This document shows positions 37,591 through 50,470 of a stretch of 64,000 nucleotides of DNA, in pieces. Numbering within the stretch: the stretch's first letter is position 1; each line of letters starts with the position of its first letter. The notes beneath the pieces were generated by a model. The model saw only the letters and a list, made by a program, of their open reading frames with translations. It searched no databases and was not told the DNA's origin. Origin of the DNA: Callorhinchus milii. Taxonomy: Eukaryota. The stretch is taken from NCBI RefSeq assembly GCF_018977255.1, contig NW_024704743.1, positions 84,198,001-84,262,000 of the forward strand, given 5' to 3'. The position numbers and the translations under genes are program-made.

Positions 37591-38949
37591 TAAAGTGTAG
37601 TTACTATGTATTTGTTTAGAGGCTCCCTTAATATTTTAGGCAACAATAAATTCATGGAGCAAGGTTTGATGCAGCTGTGGATGGAGGGTTTGTATTGTCT
37701 AAATGTACTCCTTCTTAATTTCTCTCAAAGGCATGTTGGAATGTGCCGGTGAGGAAAGGAGTAAAGGAATGGGGCAAACGATGGATGTTTTTACACTATT
37801 ACTAATTGATCCCACAAATACATATTGCTTCTTGATCAGATACACTTAACTGGAGAAAGCTACAAAGCATAGCGCAGCAGAATTCATCCCATCCATCCAT
37901 TAGATATCTCAATCTGTTTAGTGGAACGTCCTTGCCATCACCATCAGTGCACCAGAATTTAAGTAAAGAGCAAATGTGGTACTATTGAGCACAAAGAGAG
38001 AATGAAGCAGTATGTATCTTGATACTAAATCTTGAGTAATATGACACCAAAATACTTAATAGGGTTCAAATTGCAGTAGTTATCAAGTCATCTTGTTCAA
38101 CTTCAGAAGTACCCCAACACACACTCTGGGATCTTCAAACCTTGGCTCTCACCAACCTGCACCTTGTACTCTCCAGAATTTGATAAGAAGAGTGCATCAC
38201 TCCATGGAAAGAGTGCGCATTTAGTTTCATACCGAGGGAAATTTCCAAACGCTGCTGATCAAAACTTTAGCAGATAGCATTTCATGTAACTATACATGTC
38301 AAATTTTCACGGCATGTCACACACAAGTGGCACAGATATTATGTTAGCCCAAACATTTCTAGCTTCGCAACCATTTCTACAATTCCTGGTCCGAAGATTA
38401 CAACAGAGCAAAGATTACAATAGGCAAGTTCGCCGATTATAGTTTGTCACACTGGAGAGTTCAACATCAGCAGAGCTGTGCTGTGAGAAATAATAAAGAC
38501 GGCAGTTAATGTCCTTTCAGCTCAGCCATGATCATTCTTAAGTTTGAATTTTTTTTAAAAAATGTGGTGAATAATGCAGTTTTACAGGGATTTGGGGCTT
38601 TGAGCTTGTGAGGGACAAGTGCTTTGCAACTAAAATACAAATAGGTTAACCGGCAAAGTCAAATCCAAATTGCCCATTTCGACCACTACATTTAATTCTT
38701 AAATTGTTGTGTATTTTTTATAAACAGATAAAAGAAATTTGGATTATTTAACTCCCTGCCCCTGACTTTATGTGTTCTTTAAATTTTAAAATGATTAAAA
38801 ATTATACCAATTTTTTAGGACTTGAATTTATTTCCACTAGGGTAAAAATGTGGTGAGTTTTATTTTATTCTCTTTTATTTTTGTTGCAGTTCTGCTTCTG
38901 GGACTGGACTAGCACTTCCTGCTCCACATCACTGCTACTTGGAGCCACT

Positions 38950-39047
38950 CTCCCCCTGGATCGGGGTCAGACTCTGCCACAGTCAAGCACTTTGGGATGC
39001 TACCCCGTGTGAAGATAGCTATATAAATGCAAGTTGGTGGTGGTGTT
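38950..39047 (+). mobile_element. L2-type 3' tail remnant
   Basis: ACTCTGCCACAGTCAAGCACTTTGGGATGCTACC..GCTATATAAATGCAAGTTG matches the L2 tail at 44734-44807. Confidence 0.8.
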
Positions 39048-39074
39048 GGAGCTGGGAAACAAACAAACAAACTT

Positions 39075-39399
39075 TGGAGTCCTGTAGCTCAGTGGTTAGA
39101 GCACTCGCTTTGCAAGCAAGAGACCCGAGTTCAATTCCAGGCAGGGCGAAACCTTGGGCAAGTTTCCTTACTCCACACACCTAATAATAATCTCTTCAAA
39201 ACCAAAAACAATAACAAAAAAACTTGGTCATTTTCAATCTACGACTGTTTGTGGGACATTGCTGTGCGCAATTGTCTGCCGCGTTCGCCCACAAATATAC
39301 AGTCAATTCACTTTACAGTGTGTTCTGTGAAGCGCTTTGGGACGTCTAGAAGACGTGAAAAGCGCTATATCAAATGCAAGGATTATTATTATTATTATT
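39075..39399 (+). mobile_element. Young full-length tRNA-Ala SINE (TAGAA loop variant), followed by a shared 3' extension
   Basis: Complete head, body and tail. Sequence 39400-39507 recurs next to the SINE at 50471-50709. Confidence 0.96.
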
Positions 39400-39552
39400 T
39401 ATCTGGTACATACTACTTTCTTAGCAAATTCAGTAATACATTAAAAATCTTTTAAGCATCATCGCTACATTCACCCCAATGAGACATAATCAGATGGTAT
39501 TACACATAATACATTTTTTGATGCTATATCAAAATGCAAGGATTATTATTAT

Positions 39553-39584
<32 letters not shown>

Positions 39585-40006
39585 TTATAAACAGCTAATG
39601 TGGCCTGAAATTTCATCTGGTCTTATCCTGCGAAACTATTTTCTTTTCAAAAATTGTGGAATATTTTTCCACTTAAATTGGAAGCTGTTTTTAAGAAACA
39701 TGAAAAGTGACTTCTAGATTAAGACTGAATTAAATAATTTTCCACAACTCTGTACAATCTTTAATTTTTAGAGAAAACCGACTTGAGGTTTATGATGATG
39801 GATGCAAACGTACAATATGAGGGGGCAAATAATCAATCTAAAACATGGTTTTCACTGGTTAGATTTGCTAATTGTGACTCCTTCTGGTAACTGTACATAC
39901 TTCGCACTGATGTGCCAGAACTCCGCTCCATCAAATTCGAGTTCCATAGTTTAATTCCCACAGGTCAGTGTGGTAGCTAGAATTGCTTTTAGCGAAGCTA
40001 TGTAGG

Positions 40007-40263
40007 AATAATAATGATAATAATAATAATCCTTGCATTTGGTATAGCGCTTTTCACATCTTCTAGACGTCTCAAAGCGCTTCACAGGATATGCTGAAAA
40101 GTGAATCGACCATATATTTGTGGGCAAAATGCGGCAGCCAATTGTGCACAGCAGTGTCCCACAAACAGTCGTGGATTGAAAATGACCAATTTATTATTGT
40201 TTTGGAGGGATTATTATTAGGCGTGTGGAGTAAGTAAACTTACCCAAGGTTTCGCCCTGCCTT
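40007..40263 (-). mobile_element. tRNA-Ala SINE lacking most of the head
   Basis: Reverse complement of the family body from GCAGGGCGAAACCTTGGG to the (TTA)n tail. Confidence 0.93.
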
Positions 40264-43080
40264 GTGTGGTGCACGTCCACAGATATGAAGAGACATCAAG
40301 GGACCATGTTGTAAGGAGGCACATGGTCAAGATACCTGCCTTGATGTTACTTCCTGCCCAGGAAATGAAGTCAAGAACATCCATCTTTACTATGCTCCTA
40401 CCTTACAATCCGGTTTACAACTTCAGAACAACACCTGCCATTCACAGCACATATGCTTCTGCACCTCAACTTCTAGCTACTCCAATTCTTCTTTTGCACA
40501 TGTATAAAGTCTACTTTGAGCAAAAAATGGTTCCCGTGGATACACAGATACATATACAGAGAATCCTAAGTGAGCACAAGGGACAAATGTACGAGAGACA
40601 GTGTAAGAGTGCGAGTGGATGAGGTAATAGATAGAGGAAAGGACAAAATAATGTTCGTGAGAGAGAAGAGTGAATTACATACTAGGAGATGTAAGAGAAA
40701 CAGAAAGAGTCTCAGTGAAAGGGAATGCCACACTTTCAATCTCAATGTTCTAAAAAAGTTGATTGAAGCTTCCCCAGCTGGTTGGTCCCTTTCCCCTTTC
40801 CCTAGCCCACAGGAGAACAAGCCCAGTGTGTTTCATATCCACTGCATTCATTTTGCATGGATGCGAATCACATCGCTTCTGGTACCATATCGATCAGGTG
40901 GTGTCACTAATGGGGCTTTAGGGCAATTTGTACTGTCTGAGTTCTATTTATATTGTACGTTTGGTTGTGAATCGCTGCCAAACTAACAGCAATTCACCAC
41001 CAAGCATGCAATATAAGTACAGCATTAGACTAAAGATTCTGTACACAATAAAGAGCCTGATGGGGGGAAAAAAACAGAAGAAAAATCTGAGCACAGACCA
41101 TTGTGGTAAAGAAACGTCATTCAAGTCTGCAAAATTGTAATGTTTAAAACTACATTTATTAAAACAAAATAGTAGATAATGCAGCATTAAAAGTCTTCTT
41201 CATGTGTCTTCACAATTCACAATTAGGTTTTTGTCCCTCTGTACAGTATGTGTAATATGAGTGCCAGAATTAAGCGATCTGACATTCATACAAACAGATA
41301 AATCATCACACAGTGAATCAGAGGGAACTATTAGGACAATGCACAGAGAGATTGTGACTGATTCACACGACAGCTAGGCTTGAATGGTTTCATTTGTACC
41401 TTTGCGGAATGCTGAATGCACCAATACATTGTCCATTTCTTTTCCATTATTATACCTTAACACCTGCCCCTCTCGTTCAGCCGTGTAGCACAACAAAGCG
41501 CAAATCTTTTTGTTTCTTTTGCAATTGTAAACCATAACTCGATTGGTTTTCAAATACTTGTACAAAGAGTTCTATTGTGGCCATATCTGCAAATATGAAG
41601 GTCCTTTATTAGAAAACTGCACAAATATCAAACTGAAGCAAATAAGAGATCATCACCAAATTATTTGATTAGCATGAGTTACCTACGAAACACACAATTC
41701 AAAGAGCTACATGCTAAAGAGTTAATAATAATAATCCTTACATTTTCTATAGTGCCTTATCATGTCATTGAGACATGTCAAAGCGCTTCATAGAATATAC
41801 CATAAAGTGAATTGACTGTAAATTTTGTATGAATGTGCTGCACATATTCTATGTTTAACTCTTGGTTTCCCATTGTAACGGTATCTTCACACAGGAATAA
41901 GAAAACAGTCATACTCTAATTTGTATTTACATAGTGCCTTTCATGTAAAAATAAACATCTCAAAGGGCTTTACAAGGCAGAATTCTGCTGAACTGAAAGT
42001 AAATGTTGTTAGAGAGGCAAATGGGGCAGCTGATTTATTTCAGCAATCTCCCATCAACAACAATTACCAAGAGTTACCAATGGATATGAATTTGAAGTAA
42101 ATTTGGACTAGGATAGGAATATTAACCAGGATAAGCAGGAGATTGACTCCAAATTTCTTTGAAACAATAGCAGCTTAGGCTTCTCTTTATGTCAGTCTGA
42201 ATCATGAGGAGGATGGAATCTAAAATATCACAGTCAAAAAATGATTCTGCTGCCTCCCCTACCCTCACACACACACACACGCACACAAACATGTTGATTT
42301 TGCAAATACAGAAATAGTAATACAGTATTGTCTGATCTGCTGCTGAAACACACATTTGGGTTGCATTTGCGAATCATGTGATGTTTTTGCATTGAATAAG
42401 GCAGTGGCAGGCCAATCCTTCTCCAATCACGCCATTTTCATTGGTGAAGTTGGAAAAGTTGTTTCCCAATGAAGGATTTCCAACTTGTGACTTGAGGTCT
42501 CCAATGGCCAGTTAGGGTAGCACTGTCTTTTTGAGTTTTGGTTTATTAAAAAGCCATCATCCCACTAACCTTTTGGTCAAAGATCATGAGACAGTCCAAT
42601 GCCATGGACCAAACTTTTCTAACTTACCCACTGAGAATGATCTTAGAGGATTCTCGAGGGACGTCGATGTGATAAATCTAACATAAACCACGAGTGTGAC
42701 TCCATTATATATCCTAGTATTTTGTGCAGTGACTCAACTGAATTGTGGCTGCAACAAGCAAAGTAGAGCTGTATTACATTGAGTGAACCCGAGAAAACAA
42801 TATTGTGCAATGCTCTATGTTCGTGAATTCTGTGTATGTGCCTAAGATTCATTGCTTTATGACCATAACTAGAGCCCCGTTTCTTTTGCAAATACAAAAT
42901 AATACAAAATAAAATAAAAAGCAACTAAAAAACCGAATAAAATGAAAACATCATTAAAGAAATAAATATAAATAGATAGCTAAAAATGAGTGAGTTTTGT
43001 GCAAAAATATTTGAAAGGTAAATCATAACCTGGAACAGTATGTTACATAGACTTGGTCTGGATGCAAGCTGAAGTGTATC

Positions 43081-43233
43081 AAGGCAGGCTTGCACCTGCG
43101 CACTAAGGTATTACACACACCTGCACAATAGTCTATTACACACACCTGAGCAATAGTGTATTACACACACCTGCACAATAGTCTACTACACAGATGTTTG
43201 TATTAGACTTTTGTGCAGGAGCAAACCAGCCTT
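43081..43233. mobile_element. Small MITE-like element with TIRs and an internal 25-bp tandem repeat
   Basis: Left end AAGGCAGGCTTGCACCTGCGCA vs right end (reverse complement) AAGGCTGGTTTGCTCCTGCACA; TATTACACACACCTGCACAATAGTC x3 at 43109-43183. Confidence 0.7.
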
Positions 43234-43789
43234 AAAATTGTGCAAATTCAGATTTTGCCTCCAAATTTTAGAATACCTAAACTATCTATTACCATTAAAC
43301 ATCATAAGTGTAATGCAAGAAATAAAGCTACATGTTTAATGGATACAATGAAATAACTCGAAATACCTGAAAAATTAAACAAAAATTTATTTAAAAATTT
43401 CATGGGGGTCTTACTAGAACCCATTCAAATTCTCAAGCATTTCTACTTAATACAATATCACCATCCTTCAAGTACATATAAAATCAAACACTTTGGTAAT
43501 GTCAAAAAAGGAATCTATTTTGTGGGAAAATATTTACCACTTTTAAAATACGAAAATCTATTAATCATGAAGAACGTCTAATATTCAGATGCTTTGGGTT
43601 CAAAACAGAAAATCTTTCCATTCCCAACACTGGCATCTCTCGACTTGATCATTATAAAATCTCCCAAAGCTTCAAAAAAGAAAACACTCATAAAAAGTAA
43701 CACAAGATCCAATTCCAAGTTTTGTTCAAATTAATGGTATCTAGGTTGTAATTTTTTCTGCTTGTCCAGTACTAAGACATTATCACAAC

Positions 43790-44807
43790 AATGTGACTAA
43801 CCAGCTTTGCTCACACCTCCCCCTCCACTCTCTCCTCAAGCGTTTCCAGTCTGGTTTCCACACTGTCCAGTGCTTGTCAAGGTCAAAAACGACATCCTCT
43901 CTCTCTGAGACCAGGGCTCTCTCTGCCTCCTCATCCTTCTGGACCTCTCCGCTGTATTCGACACAGTCGATGACACCATCCTCATCCACTGCCTCTCCTC
44001 CCTCATCCATTTTAGTGGGACAGCACGATCCTGGTTCGAGACCGCCTTTACTTTGTCTCTCCAAATGGCTTCTCCTCCCGCCCCTCCCGATCACCTGCGG
44101 GATACCCCAGGGCTCCATCCTTGGCCCCCTTCTCTTCCTCATCTATATGCTCCCTCTGGCAATGTCATCCACAGACATGGGATAAACTTCCCCACGTATG
44201 CGAATGAAACACAAATCTACTTCTCCTCCTCCAGCTGCGACACCAGGTCCTCCGATGTTTTCGCAGCTTCTCGAGCAGACATCAGGGCCTGAATGAGTAC
44301 AAATTTCTTGCAACTAAATGTCGATAAGACGAAGCTATACTGCTCGGCTCCCATCAATGCCTTCTGTCCTATGGCTCTGACCTCCTCAACTACCCGGCCT
44401 ATCACTCAGACTCACCGAACCGGTGTGCAAACTAAGCGTCAGGTTTAACCTACAGCTGTCCTTCCATCCCCACATCCAGTCCCTGACCTGAACTGCCTTC
44501 CTTCACCTCCGACACATTGTCTGCCTCCAAACATACCTTAGCCCAGACACATCTGAAACACTCATCCATGCATTTGCCACCTCCTATCTCGACTTTTCAA
44601 ATGCCCTCTTCCCCGATCTCCCCAAGATCCAGCTGATCCAAAACTCTGTTACCCACATACTCACCCGCACTAAACACAGTACCCCATCACACCAGTTCTA
44701 GCCAGGCTCCACTTCACTCTGGCTTGGCTTTGTACTCTGCCACAGTCAAGCGCTCTGGGATGCTACCTTGCGTGAGGGGAGCTATATAAATGCAAGTTGT
44801 TGTTGTT
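43790..44807 (+). mobile_element. L2 LINE fragment (decayed RT through 3' tail)
   Basis: FQSGF, CGIPQGSILGPLLFLIYMLPL, YANETQIY (degenerate YADD), tail GCTATATAAATGCAAG(TTG)n. Confidence 0.92.
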
Positions 44808-45779
44808 CGTACATTGTCTTATCTCTTGCCTGGGTGGCACATATGGTAATAACACAAAGAAGCTCATTTACGTGTGAGGAAATGTTTACCATCAGCGGAA
44901 AGGTAACCAAAATGCGAATAAGAAATGTGACTGCAGACAGGTTTCACAGGAGGCAAAGGGTATTTAATTGTGGAGGAAGTGTTAATGGGATGAAAAAATG
45001 CATATACACAAATGCCCTCACAACACACATCTCTGGAAGCAAAGAACATATGTATAGGTAGGTGTTGGAACAAAAAAACAATCACAACGCTTTACAGTAA
45101 TCTTGTGAAGCACTTAGAGATGCCCTTCCGAAGTGAAAGATACTATATTAAATGTAAGGATTATTATTATTATTACATAGAAAATCAGAGTAGTTTACTG
45201 TAAAGACATGATAACATATAAGGTGGAATGTGAATAAGGAGTTACAAACATTTTCAATAGGGTACCAAAATAAACCCCCCTACCCCTGTAAAAGGATATG
45301 ATTTCCTTTCTTGGTGGGGAGATGACTTTTGATGGGATACACGGACCTGATAACTTCTGCTTAAAAGAAAGATTGTAGTAAATCTGAAAATGCCTTTTGT
45401 TACCATGTGCATGCTGAAATGTTATCAGCTTGGCCACCTCTGTTTGCAAGTTATGAGGACACATTAATCACTTGCCCTGTATAATATAATAAAACCAAGG
45501 CCAGTTCATCATTAAAATGTCTGTATGCATTTGTCACCCATACTTATTGTGAAATTCTCAGCCAAATAAGGAACAGACTGTCACAATCACACAATAAGAC
45601 CACTATGGAGTACCTTGAAATAGGTCACGTACCCATCATAATTCATCATTGTTTTACTGGTGTTCCTAGCACATTGTAAGGATCGCAGACCAGAAACCAC
45701 CCATTATTTTAGCCTCTAGATTGTTCCCCCGCACCTCCCCCACAAAAATATATATGCTAATCTGGACAAAGTTAGAGAA

Positions 45780-46110
45780 TGTAACCATGAATGATGATAT
45801 ATCATATCCAATTATTCCCACTCTCCTGCTTTTTCCCCATACCCTTGGAAATTTTAGTTGAGGTGATATTATTGAATTATGTAGAATTACATAAAATCTA
45901 CAACAGCAAAACAGGCCATTCAGCCCAACTACTCCATGCCTGTGTTTACATTATATCTTAGTCTCTCCACCCATCCCAAACTCCTCCTTCCCAGGCCTGC
46001 CACCAAACCCCTCTATTCCCTTCTTTCTCGTATATGCATTTTAAATGTATTGATATTTTCTGCTTCAACCACGGTTTCTGGCAGAGTTCCACATTCTCAC
46101 TGCCCTCTGC
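45780..46110 (-). mobile_element. Old CR1 3' end remnants
   Basis: AAAATCTACAACAGCAAAACAGGCCATTCAGCCCAAC..GCTTCAACCAC..TGGCAGAGTTCCACATTCTCAC. Confidence 0.65.
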
Positions 46111-46399
46111 CTCTGGAAACATTTATTTTCTACTGCATTCGCAACTGTGTCAACATGTCCCTGAAATATGAAAGGTCGCACAGTGATAACCTTACGTGAG
46201 GTGTGAATATTCTGGATTGCTTTTGGTCTTGGCGAGAGATTGATGTGATGGTTTGCTCATCAATTCATTCTGGTCAGCAAACAATGGGTTACTGCTTCAA
46301 CTGCTTTATGTGCAACACTGGAACAAATTTAAATTGCTCCTTAAAACCACTAATACTTTACGTTATGCTGAATACCTTCTGCTGCACTAACAGGAACTA

Positions 46400-47670
46400 G
46401 AGTAAACTCCTGATACATCATCACTCCAAAGGAAAAGAGCTCAATGACTCTATATCCAGGGTGACAATGTTGGCAGGAGTCCTCCTGTGCCACTTGGAGC
46501 GATGTAGCCAGGAGAACCTAAACCAACACACTATGCCTGTGTAGAATGAGCAGCTAGCTATCAGTTTGACAGAGAAGCCCAGGCTTATTTTATTTATTTA
46601 ATTTATTTGTTAAAACTCATTTAAGTTAAGCTCAGTATAAGTATAAATTTATGTATAGGAAAATGTGTCTATAAGTGCGTTTATTTTCCGTGTTTGGAAT
46701 GGAATGCACAATCACTTCTGGGAGGGACGTACCCCGATTATTTAATACCAGAGATAACAAAGAGCAGATTGTTGAGAGCTAAGGCTTGAACACCCGAGTG
46801 TGTGATGTGCTAATAATCCCTGCTCCACCCAACCCTCCCCCAGTGACTGGGACACTCTGGGCAGTACTTTGTGTGGGGGGGCGCTAGATATATACAAGTT
46901 GTTGTTGTTGATGACTGGTTCACCCTTCCATATCCTGCTGATATATAAATATCAGATAAAACCATATGCATGGAAATGAACCATGCCGAATAAACACTGT
47001 CAATAAATAGTTCTCAATATCACTATGAGTGGAGGTCGGTGTTCATTTTCGATTGGCGCTGAATGTGTCAAGCACCGAGAATTATGTCCTTGTTCACCAG
47101 CCACAAATTGAGGGTTGATCTTGGCACATGAAATTTTTTTGCAACCTCAGCTTCACACTTTGCGAATTCCATTTGCTTCCATTCTAATTGAAAGTGTCTT
47201 TCTTGAAAACTTTTTGTTCATTTTCCTCATTTTAACAACCAGAATCATTCAGACTTTAACAATCTGGTAGAACCTCACAGAAAGCAAGGTCTACAATTTC
47301 TACTCACAGAGATCTTACCACCACAGTCAAAACAGCTACCAGGGGTCAGGTGACCGTCCCTGAGGTACCAGGCCACTTATGGCAACACTTTGCTGAGTGT
47401 CCCATCACTTTTTTTGCACTCACTGTGGGAGGTCACTGAGTGGTCCGGGTGAGCAGGGCAGCTGGCAGGTAAATTCGTTGTGATGATATATCTGATATTT
47501 TACTGACTTGGACTTGCAGAATGTGACTTTATATGTTATAATCGAATGGTGAAATAATGAGTGGGGTTCCTTATTCACATGTTGCATGTGAAGCAGCCAG
47601 GATATTGACACCGTGATGATGTAAACCACATGATGATATAAGATAGGGTCATATTATCAGGAGTTCACTG
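46400..47670 (-). mobile_element. Tigger/pogo (Tc1-mariner superfamily) DNA transposon fossil, internally deleted, with nested L2 tail (46820-46912)
   Basis: TA at 46398-46399 and 47671-47672; TIRs GAGTAAACTCCTGATA / CAGTGAACTCCTGATA (14/16); CENP-B-like HTH remnant at 47230-46990. Confidence 0.8.
46990..47230 (-). pseudogene. Pogo/Tigger transposase N-terminal DNA-binding remnant (CENP-B-type HTH), frameshifted
   Basis: MRKMNKKFSRKTLSI / KCEAEVAKKFHVPRSTLNLWLVNKDIILGA* / NRK*TPTSTHSDIENYLL. Confidence 0.8.
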
Positions 47671-47919
47671 TACATTAAAATGCATTAGCCTAGAACCTCT
47701 CTTTCTTTGCCTAGGATCCTACAGAAACATCTCAGAGAAGTTCACAGATAGTTGCTGAAGAGTGTAGTGATTGTGTGTGTATATATATATGTACATAGGT
47801 ATATTTACAAATACATATACAAATATATGTAGGTATGGAAATTTGTATTCCAACCACAACAACTTGCATTTATATAGCGCTCCTCACACAGGGTAGCGTC
47901 CCAGAGCTCTTGGGACCAA

Positions 47920-48180
47920 TTTCTACAGCAAAGTCTCACATACTGCCATGAAGTGAATGACCAATTTACTTGGAAAATTGTTGTCTACAGTTCTGATGGA
48001 AATTTCCCTATTTTTGAGGGGGGGGGGGGTTGAGGGTTTTTGAGTGCCAAGGAGCCTTTAGCTACTTGAATCGGTAAATAAAACCTAAGTTTTATGTTTC
48101 ATCTGAAGGAAGGCCCTTCTGATAGTGCAGCACTCCCCCAGCACTGTGCTGGGTGTCAGCCTGGACCATGAGCTTGGAAC
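47920..48180 (-). mobile_element. DeuSINE fragment, preceded by an L2 tail at 47853-47915
   Basis: GCCATGAAGTGAATGACCAA..TCATCTGAAGGAAGGC..TGCAGCACTCCCCCAGCACTG..GTGTCAGCCTGGA. Confidence 0.8.
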
Positions 48181-49048
48181 TATTTAATGCATTGGTATAC
48201 TGCTGCTGCATGTCAAGTGTTCATTTAGTCCAGCACTCAGCCAGAAACTAATGTGTGCTCCATTTATTCTGCAAGGCACTGTCCTGTTAGGGGAGTAGAA
48301 AACACCAGATTCCTGTCAAGAGCAATTAGTAAATTTGGCCAATGCCACCTGAAGCACAATAAGCACTGCCTTCAAATGATGACCGCCCACTGGACTGAGT
48401 CCATCTCAGACCCCAATTTGTCTATTGATCCCTTCGCCACAGGATAAAATCCAGAACGACCAACGGCCTTTAGAAATGTACCACTCTGCTCTGTTGGAAA
48501 TCTTTGCATTTCCATCCTGCAGTGATTTTTTGCACAGACAGTTTATTAACCCCTTATGGGCAGGTTGTGCCATGAAATCATTTTAACAGAAATGCATTTT
48601 GATAATCTTCTCAGACACTCACACATAGAGAATTTGCATTGCCTCCCGACTGTTACCGAATAACATTAGGATTCAATTCTAAGTTGGAACTAATTCCTTG
48701 GGGGAAGAAAATCTTTCTTTGTCTGCCAATAAATTCCTGTTAAGCTTGATTGAATGAATAAAAGTAAATAACCATTTTTTGCAGTGAAATCAATAATTCA
48801 ATATTTTTTATAGGTTCAACTTCTAGGTTCATGTGGGGGAAGTGATATTGGTTGGAGACGCAGGACTTATAGGAAGTTCTTATCCGATCACATATTGATG
48901 TTATTGCTGAGATGTTGGGGTCAAATTAGCAACGTTTCATTATCCATTGAAGCCCAACCACTTATAAAACGCTGTCAGAGGGCCGTTCTTCCTACGAGGG
49001 TTTAAACCTAGGTTAAATGAAATTACAAAGAAATGGGAACCACTACAA

Positions 49049-49295
49049 ATAATAATAATCCTTGCATTTGATATCCCCCTTTTTCACGTCTTCTAGACGT
49101 CTCAAAGCACTTCACAGAGTATACTGTAAAGTGAGTTGACTGTATATTTGCGGACGAAACGTAAATGTAAATATAAATATAAAAGTATATGACGTGACAA
49201 TGGAATGAAAAGATCTGCCAACATCTAATGAACTGGTGAAAAAGGCTTGATGGGCTGAATGGTATCCTCATGTTCCTATTTTCAAATGTTCCTAT
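49049..49295. mobile_element. SINE 3' fragment (49049-49162, minus) and CR1 3' UTR remnant (49195-49295, plus)
   Basis: AATAATCCTTGCATTTGATAT..CACGTCTTCTAGACGTC; GGCTTGATGGGCTGAATGG..CCTCATGTTCCTAT. Confidence 0.75.
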
Positions 49296-50470
49296 ATCAC
49301 CACGTAAAGCGGTGTACAAGGATGCAGTGCAAGGATCCCTGAAGGGCTATCTTTAACTGATCATCTGGTGATAGTGTGAGCAGCAAGAGTTCAGATTCTG
49401 AGTCCAGCTTTGCAACACCAACAGTATGGCAGCTGGATCTGACAGCCAGCCACCTTGTTCTAAATGGAGTGCTATTTCAGTACTATCAAAGATAGAGTTC
49501 TAGATACAGTACAATTTACATTTTACCTTTATATAGTGTCACATTGGCAGGATAACTCAAAGCGTTTCACTTTAACTCGTTCACCAACCTTTTCTGAGCA
49601 CATAGAACCACTCACAACAATGTTGTATTTGAGTTGGTGTGAAACTTTTTTTTTTGCTTCAATGTTAATAATTTCCAGGACAATATTTTGCTTCTTTTTT
49701 AAACCATATTTCTCCCAGTGAGAAAACAATTGTGATTTATAAATGCAAGAAATTTTCCTAAGTTTAGGTTTGTGTTGAAGTCTGTTCATATAAACGTAGA
49801 CAGATGCCATTGTTGAAAATGTTATAGATCGTATAAGATGTGTAATCCATAGCTGTGATTATTTTTCTGTCAATGTAATTATGATTTGCTATCGTTCGGA
49901 TGCTGGAAACGTGTAACACCAAACTTAGTTAAAAAGCAATGTAATGAATAATCAGCTAATATTTTATAAATAAGCTGTATCTTCGTAGTCTATTGTGTGT
50001 CATGTGCTGGGAGAATATCATTGATTTCAATGGCAATAACATTGAACTTTTCTGACCAGTTGATACTTGGTTTTATTATCATGTTCATTCAAACTTCTTC
50101 ATCAAATCAGACTCCTGATCTAACTGCCTTTGGATATAATATGAAGGTGTCAAGAAAAAGTAAGAGGACAGTGAGAGTTCCTAACAGCTGTGATATTGAG
50201 GGAGAGCGCACAAAAGAAAAGATTGTATTCAAATGAAATTTGGAGTTGGGTAAATACCACAGCCTGGTCTGTTAAGAAGAATTTCTGATGTACAGTGACT
50301 CATGAACTGAAAAAGGAAGCTAGCAGGTAGTCGCCAAAAACACACACTAGCTGTACTTAACACCTAGTGAAATACAAGTCAATAAATGACAAACAATGCC
50401 ATTCTGTGACTCAAAACTCTCTCCATGGATTTCCCCAGCACAGCAATAAAATGTGTTGCATTATTTTAAA

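Noticed and set aside
40266..40986. Overlapping 118-aa and 138-aa ORFs
   Set aside because: No recognisable domain or splice context; they start at a SINE edge and include low-complexity purine-rich sequence.
43109..43192. 25-bp repeats as a CRISPR-like array
   Set aside because: The units are contiguous with no spacers, lie inside a MITE, and the context is eukaryotic.
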